Source: a bacterium
GTDB taxonomy: Bacteria > Patescibacteriota > Microgenomatia > Levybacterales > UBA12049
Direction of reading: 5' to 3'
NCBI GenBank assembly: GCA_041691355.1
Contig: JBEPUU010000001.1
Location: 1 to 34,110, forward strand
Length of the DNA stretch: 34,110 nucleotides
Below are positions 31,489-34,110 of the stretch, in pieces. How positions within the stretch are numbered: position 1 is the stretch's first letter; every line of letters starts with the position of its first letter. The notes beneath the pieces are model-generated. The model worked only from the letters and a program-made list of their open reading frames with translations, searched no databases and was not told the DNA's origin. Both the position numbers and the translations under genes were made by a program.

Positions 31489-32664
31489 ATGAAAAATATA
31501 AGTTTATCACAAATTAATAAATCGATGATTGCGCTTGTGGATACAAAGGTAGATAACCAACTCTATATCCACATAAGCGAAACTGCAAAGAATCTTGTTG
31601 GCGCTGATTATGTTAAATTGTGTCTTGTTATTAAGGATCGCCTCAAAAATAGCTACTGTTCCGACGAAGTTATTAAACCATATACTCTCATCTCAAATAA
31701 AAATTTTACAAAACTTCTTTCAGCACAGAAAATTTTATCTCTTACTCAGAAAGATATACAAAAATTACAAGTTAAAAAATTTCCACGGGAAATTAAGTCG
31801 ATTTTAGTAGTACCTCTTTTTCATTCAAAGGAAATGTTGGGAACGATTTTTTTGTACTTTCTTAATGAGAGATCAAAGCTTACACAAAACGAGTATGAAC
31901 TTTTAGCTCTTTATAGCCACGCGGTGGTATTGGCACTAAACAAGGCCAAGCTTCAAGAAGAGTCACATAAGGCTTTGGAGATCAGAGACCGTTTTATTTC
32001 CTTGGCTTCTCACGAACTTCGTACCCCACTTACCTCAATTCATGGATATATTCAGTTGTTACACAAACGAATGAAGGATAAAGACACGCTTGAATCCCGA
32101 TGGACTAACGAACTCTATATCGAAAGTATTCGTTTAACGACACTGGTAAAAGAGCTTCTTGACGTAAATCGTATCAAACAGGGTCAATTTGATTTTGTCT
32201 TTAGTGAAGTACCGCTTCAAGAAGTAGTAACGCGCGCCCTTGATAGATATCGATTCACTGACTCAACCCATAACTTCGAATTTCAATGCAAACTTACCAA
32301 TCATGAGTCTAGAGTCGTTGGGGATTTTGATAAGTTGGTGGAGATGGTTTCCGGTCTTTTGGGAAATGCAATAAAGTTCTCCAAACCAGGTGAGAAGATC
32401 ACCATTGTCCTCAGAAATGATCATGGAATGCTTTCTCTTGAGGTAACGGATAAGGGAAAAGGAATTTCTAAACACGATTTGAATTCAATCATGAATGGTT
32501 TTTATAAACCTGAATATGCAAGCTATATTGAAGGTATGGGAGTAGGGCTTATGCTGGCCCATCATATTATTGAAAATCATCGTGGAAAGCTGAAAATAAA
32601 ATCGAAGGAAAATATCGGAACCGCAGTTACGGTCAGCTTACCTACAATTAAACAAGCTAACTAA
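31489..32664 (+). CDS. soluble GAF-domain sensor histidine kinase
   Basis: 391-aa ORF with no TM helix. The N-terminal ~150 aa are GAF-like. H-box SHELRTPLT, N-box LGNAIKFS, G-boxes DKGKGI and GMGVGL. Confidence 0.9.
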   Translation: MKNISLSQINKSMIALVDTKVDNQLYIHISETAKNLVGADYVKLCLVIKDRLKNSYCSDEVIKPYTLISNKNFTKLLSAQKILSLTQKDIQKLQVKKFPREIKSILVVPLFHSKEMLGTIFLYFLNERSKLTQNEYELLALYSHAVVLALNKAKLQEESHKALEIRDRFISLASHELRTPLTSIHGYIQLLHKRMKDKDTLESRWTNELYIESIRLTTLVKELLDVNRIKQGQFDFVFSEVPLQEVVTRALDRYRFTDSTHNFEFQCKLTNHESRVVGDFDKLVEMVSGLLGNAIKFSKPGEKITIVLRNDHGMLSLEVTDKGKGISKHDLNSIMNGFYKPEYASYIEGMGVGLMLAHHIIENHRGKLKIKSKENIGTAVTVSLPTIKQAN

Positions 32665-32672
32665 TCTATATA

Positions 32673-33344
32673 TTATTCTTTAATAACATATCCAAACCCT
32701 CGGACGGAGTGGAGTAATTTTTTCTCTTTGTCAGAATCAATTTTCTTTCTGAGATATCCCATATATACATCAACCACTCGTGTCTCAACATCGCTTGAAT
32801 AGAGCCAGATGCGTGAGAGAATCATTTCTCGAGTGAGGATACGGCCTTTGTTGCTCATTAGATATTGTAGAAGTTTAAACTCCTGAGGAGTAAGCTGAAT
32901 TGAGTTTCCATCTCTTTTTACTTCCATCGTTTTACTATCCAATTCAAGGTCTGCGACTTTAAGTACTGTGTCGTTGTTCATTTGTTTACGGAACCTTGCT
33001 TTAATCCTTGCAAGAAATTCATCCGCAACAAATGGCTTGGTTATATAGTCGTCTGCTCCCAAGTTGAGTCCTTCTACAATGTCGTTAATTGAATCTTTTG
33101 CTGTTAAAATAACAATTGGAAGATCTTTATATTTCTTTCGTATCTCGCGGCAAACTGCTTCACCGGACATAACTGGAAGTCCTAAATCAAGTACTACCAA
33201 ATCAGGCACAGCCTTTTTGAAGTAATCCAACGCAGCGATTCCATCAGAAACTGTTTGTACTGAATAGCCGTTATCTAACAACAGTTCTTTGAGGTATTTT
33301 TGAAGCCCTCGATCATCTTCCACCACCAATACAGTCTGCGTCAT
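32673..33344 (-). CDS. OmpR/PhoB-family response regulator (REC plus winged-helix DNA-binding domain)
   Basis: 223-aa ORF with VLVVEDD, DLVVLDLGLP and ILTAK. The C-terminal LTPQEFKLLQYLMSN...VVDVYMGYLRKKID...VRGFGYVI is a winged-helix domain. Confidence 0.9.
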   Translation of the reverse strand: MTQTVLVVEDDRGLQKYLKELLLDNGYSVQTVSDGIAALDYFKKAVPDLVVLDLGLPVMSGEAVCREIRKKYKDLPIVILTAKDSINDIVEGLNLGADDYITKPFVADEFLARIKARFRKQMNNDTVLKVADLELDSKTMEVKRDGNSIQLTPQEFKLLQYLMSNKGRILTREMILSRIWLYSSDVETRVVDVYMGYLRKKIDSDKEKKLLHSVRGFGYVIKE

Positions 33345-33355
33345 AATTAACCAAT

Positions 33356-33384
33356 ATTATAACAATTTCTGTAAGAACAAACAA
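33356..33384 (-). promoter_or_regulatory. promoter of the OmpR-type regulator gene with one TAAGAACA copy in the spacer
   Basis: The minus strand reads TTGTTT (33384..33379), a 17-nt spacer, then TGtTATAAT (hexamer 33361..33356), 11 nt before ATG 33344. The plus-strand TAAGAACA at 33372..33379 lies within the spacer and reaches the -35 edge. Confidence 0.5.
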
Positions 33385-33573
33385 CTAATAAAATAAAATG
33401 TATATAATAAAAGTAAGAAACAATTTTGCTATATAGTAATATTATTTCACAAGTATAAACTTCTTTTATTGCCTGAATGTTGAAATATCTGAAATCTCGG
33501 TCGGCTTATATAAAAAAACTCTTGCACACTTACATAACTCTTACCATATTATAACGTAATTTTTATATAGGTC

Positions 33574-33602
33574 TTGACAGTTTGTTTTCACGTAGGTATA
33601 GT
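33574..33602 (+). promoter_or_regulatory. near-consensus sigma70-type promoter
   Basis: TTGACA (33574..33579), a 17-nt spacer, then TATAGT (33597..33602), 12 nt before ATG 33615. Confidence 0.6.
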
Positions 33603-33614
33603 GAATATCCTGCC

Positions 33615-33761
33615 ATGATAAATAAATTTCTTAACTCTCTTGAATTTACCCCAAGTCACCTAAAAATCTTCCTTGTAACGTTTATCGCAATGACTATTAT
33701 GGTATTCCTCCAACACGCGGGTGTACACTCTCCTCTCCCGTTTCTTTCCATTGACAAATAA
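33615..33761 (+). CDS. hypothetical 48-aa small membrane protein or leader ORF
   Basis: Not in the ORF track. The product is MINKFLNSLEFTPSHLKIFLVTFIAMTIMVFLQHAGVHSPLPFLSIDK, with one hydrophobic helix. It follows a strong promoter and precedes the PAS sensor gene by 30 nt. There is no SD and I recognise no homology. Confidence 0.3.
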   Translation: MINKFLNSLEFTPSHLKIFLVTFIAMTIMVFLQHAGVHSPLPFLSIDK

Positions 33762-33791
33762 TTCATAATTCATCAAGATAAATAAGGAGCT

Positions 33792-34110
33792 ATGTTTTTT
33801 CTAGCAATTTTTGTTGCAATTATTTTTATTGGTATCACTGTTTTTATTATTAACTACAGTTATACTCAGGCTGTCAAAAAAGCTCAGGAACAACTCATAA
33901 TGTCGCTGAATGAAGCAGCTATTGTTGTGAATGAAAAGCAGAAAATTATCTTTTTTAATAAAGCTGCTGAAGCTATGATGGGCATTATTGCAAAAAATGT
34001 TATCGGACAATCTATAGACGAGATCGTAAAATTTTATAATAATGAATCTGCTGTAACATATGCGTTATATAGTGTTTCTCTTGATGATGGAAGTTCTCTT
34101 AATCATACTC
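33792..34110 (+). CDS. membrane-anchored PAS-domain sensor protein, 5' part only (runs off the window)
   Basis: Not in the ORF track because it has no stop. AAGGAG lies just upstream. The product begins MFFLAIFVAIIFIGITVFIINYSYTQAVKKAQEQLIMSLNEAAIVVNEKQKIIFFNKAAEAMMGIIAKNVIGQSIDEIV...; this is one TM helix followed by a typical PAS start. Confidence 0.7.
   Translation, partial: MFFLAIFVAIIFIGITVFIINYSYTQAVKKAQEQLIMSLNEAAIVVNEKQKIIFFNKAAEAMMGIIAKNVIGQSIDEIVKFYNNESAVTYALYSVSLDDGSSLNHT

Noticed and set aside
1-34110. CRISPR arrays, long tandem repeats, rRNA, integrase or transposase genes, and alternative genetic code (UGA as sense)
   Set aside because: I saw no spaced repeat arrays and no recombinase-like ORFs. 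Long ORFs with good motifs end at UGA (for example 2841..2843 and 15409..15411), so the standard code fits.

Overview
This window is visibly AT-rich, tightly packed bacterial DNA read with the standard code; UGA behaves as a stop. I make 37 CDS calls. Two of them are halves of one frameshifted gene, and four are not in the supplied ORF track. There is one tRNA-Glu(CUC). I found no rRNA, CRISPR array, integrase or transposase. The gene content includes many ArnT/PMT-like GT-C membrane glycosyltransferases, a DUF2079 protein, a class E/F-type sortase, soluble PAS/GAF kinases with receiver-only partners, and very few Shine-Dalgarno sites. That mix fits a small-genome monoderm such as a Patescibacteria/CPR-type organism, but I cannot verify taxonomy from here. 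Layout by region: (1) 1-7.3 kb is an envelope glycosylation cluster of four GT-C-like proteins around a GT2 plus YdjC-deacetylase pair. (2) glnA, an Rsm22-like methyltransferase and tRNA-Glu follow, then a ~0.9 kb Phd/VapC cassette bracketed by a copy of the tRNA 3' end. (3) Next come a HAD hydrolase, an AT3 acyltransferase with an unknown outer domain, and a GT-C gene split by a frameshift. (4) An HD hydrolase, a PAS-GAF-PAS-PAS kinase and a receiver-only protein follow. (5) An MFS/MarR divergon follows. (6) A PAS kinase, receiver-only protein, Nudix hydrolase and alpha/beta hydrolase follow. (7) A second Phd/PIN pair shares its operator core with the first. (8) A HAD hydrolase and Lon follow, with a CIRCE-like inverted repeat on the lon promoter. 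(9) A 60-aa secreted Thr/Pro-rich peptide ending in APNTG-RVN is followed by a 12-bp hairpin, a sortase and a receiver-only protein. (10) KGG and GlsB stress genes follow. (11) A GAF kinase and an OmpR-type regulator lie tail to tail, with an exact 11-bp-period direct repeat upstream of the kinase promoter. (12) A partial PAS sensor ends the window. The observations I rate highest are the sortase mini-substrate locus, the Arn/Nax-like GT2-YdjC-GT-C logic, the tRNA-flanked toxin-antitoxin islet, the recurrent leaderless promoter geometry, and the CIRCE-like lon operator. All product calls come from motif recognition by eye; no database search was possible.
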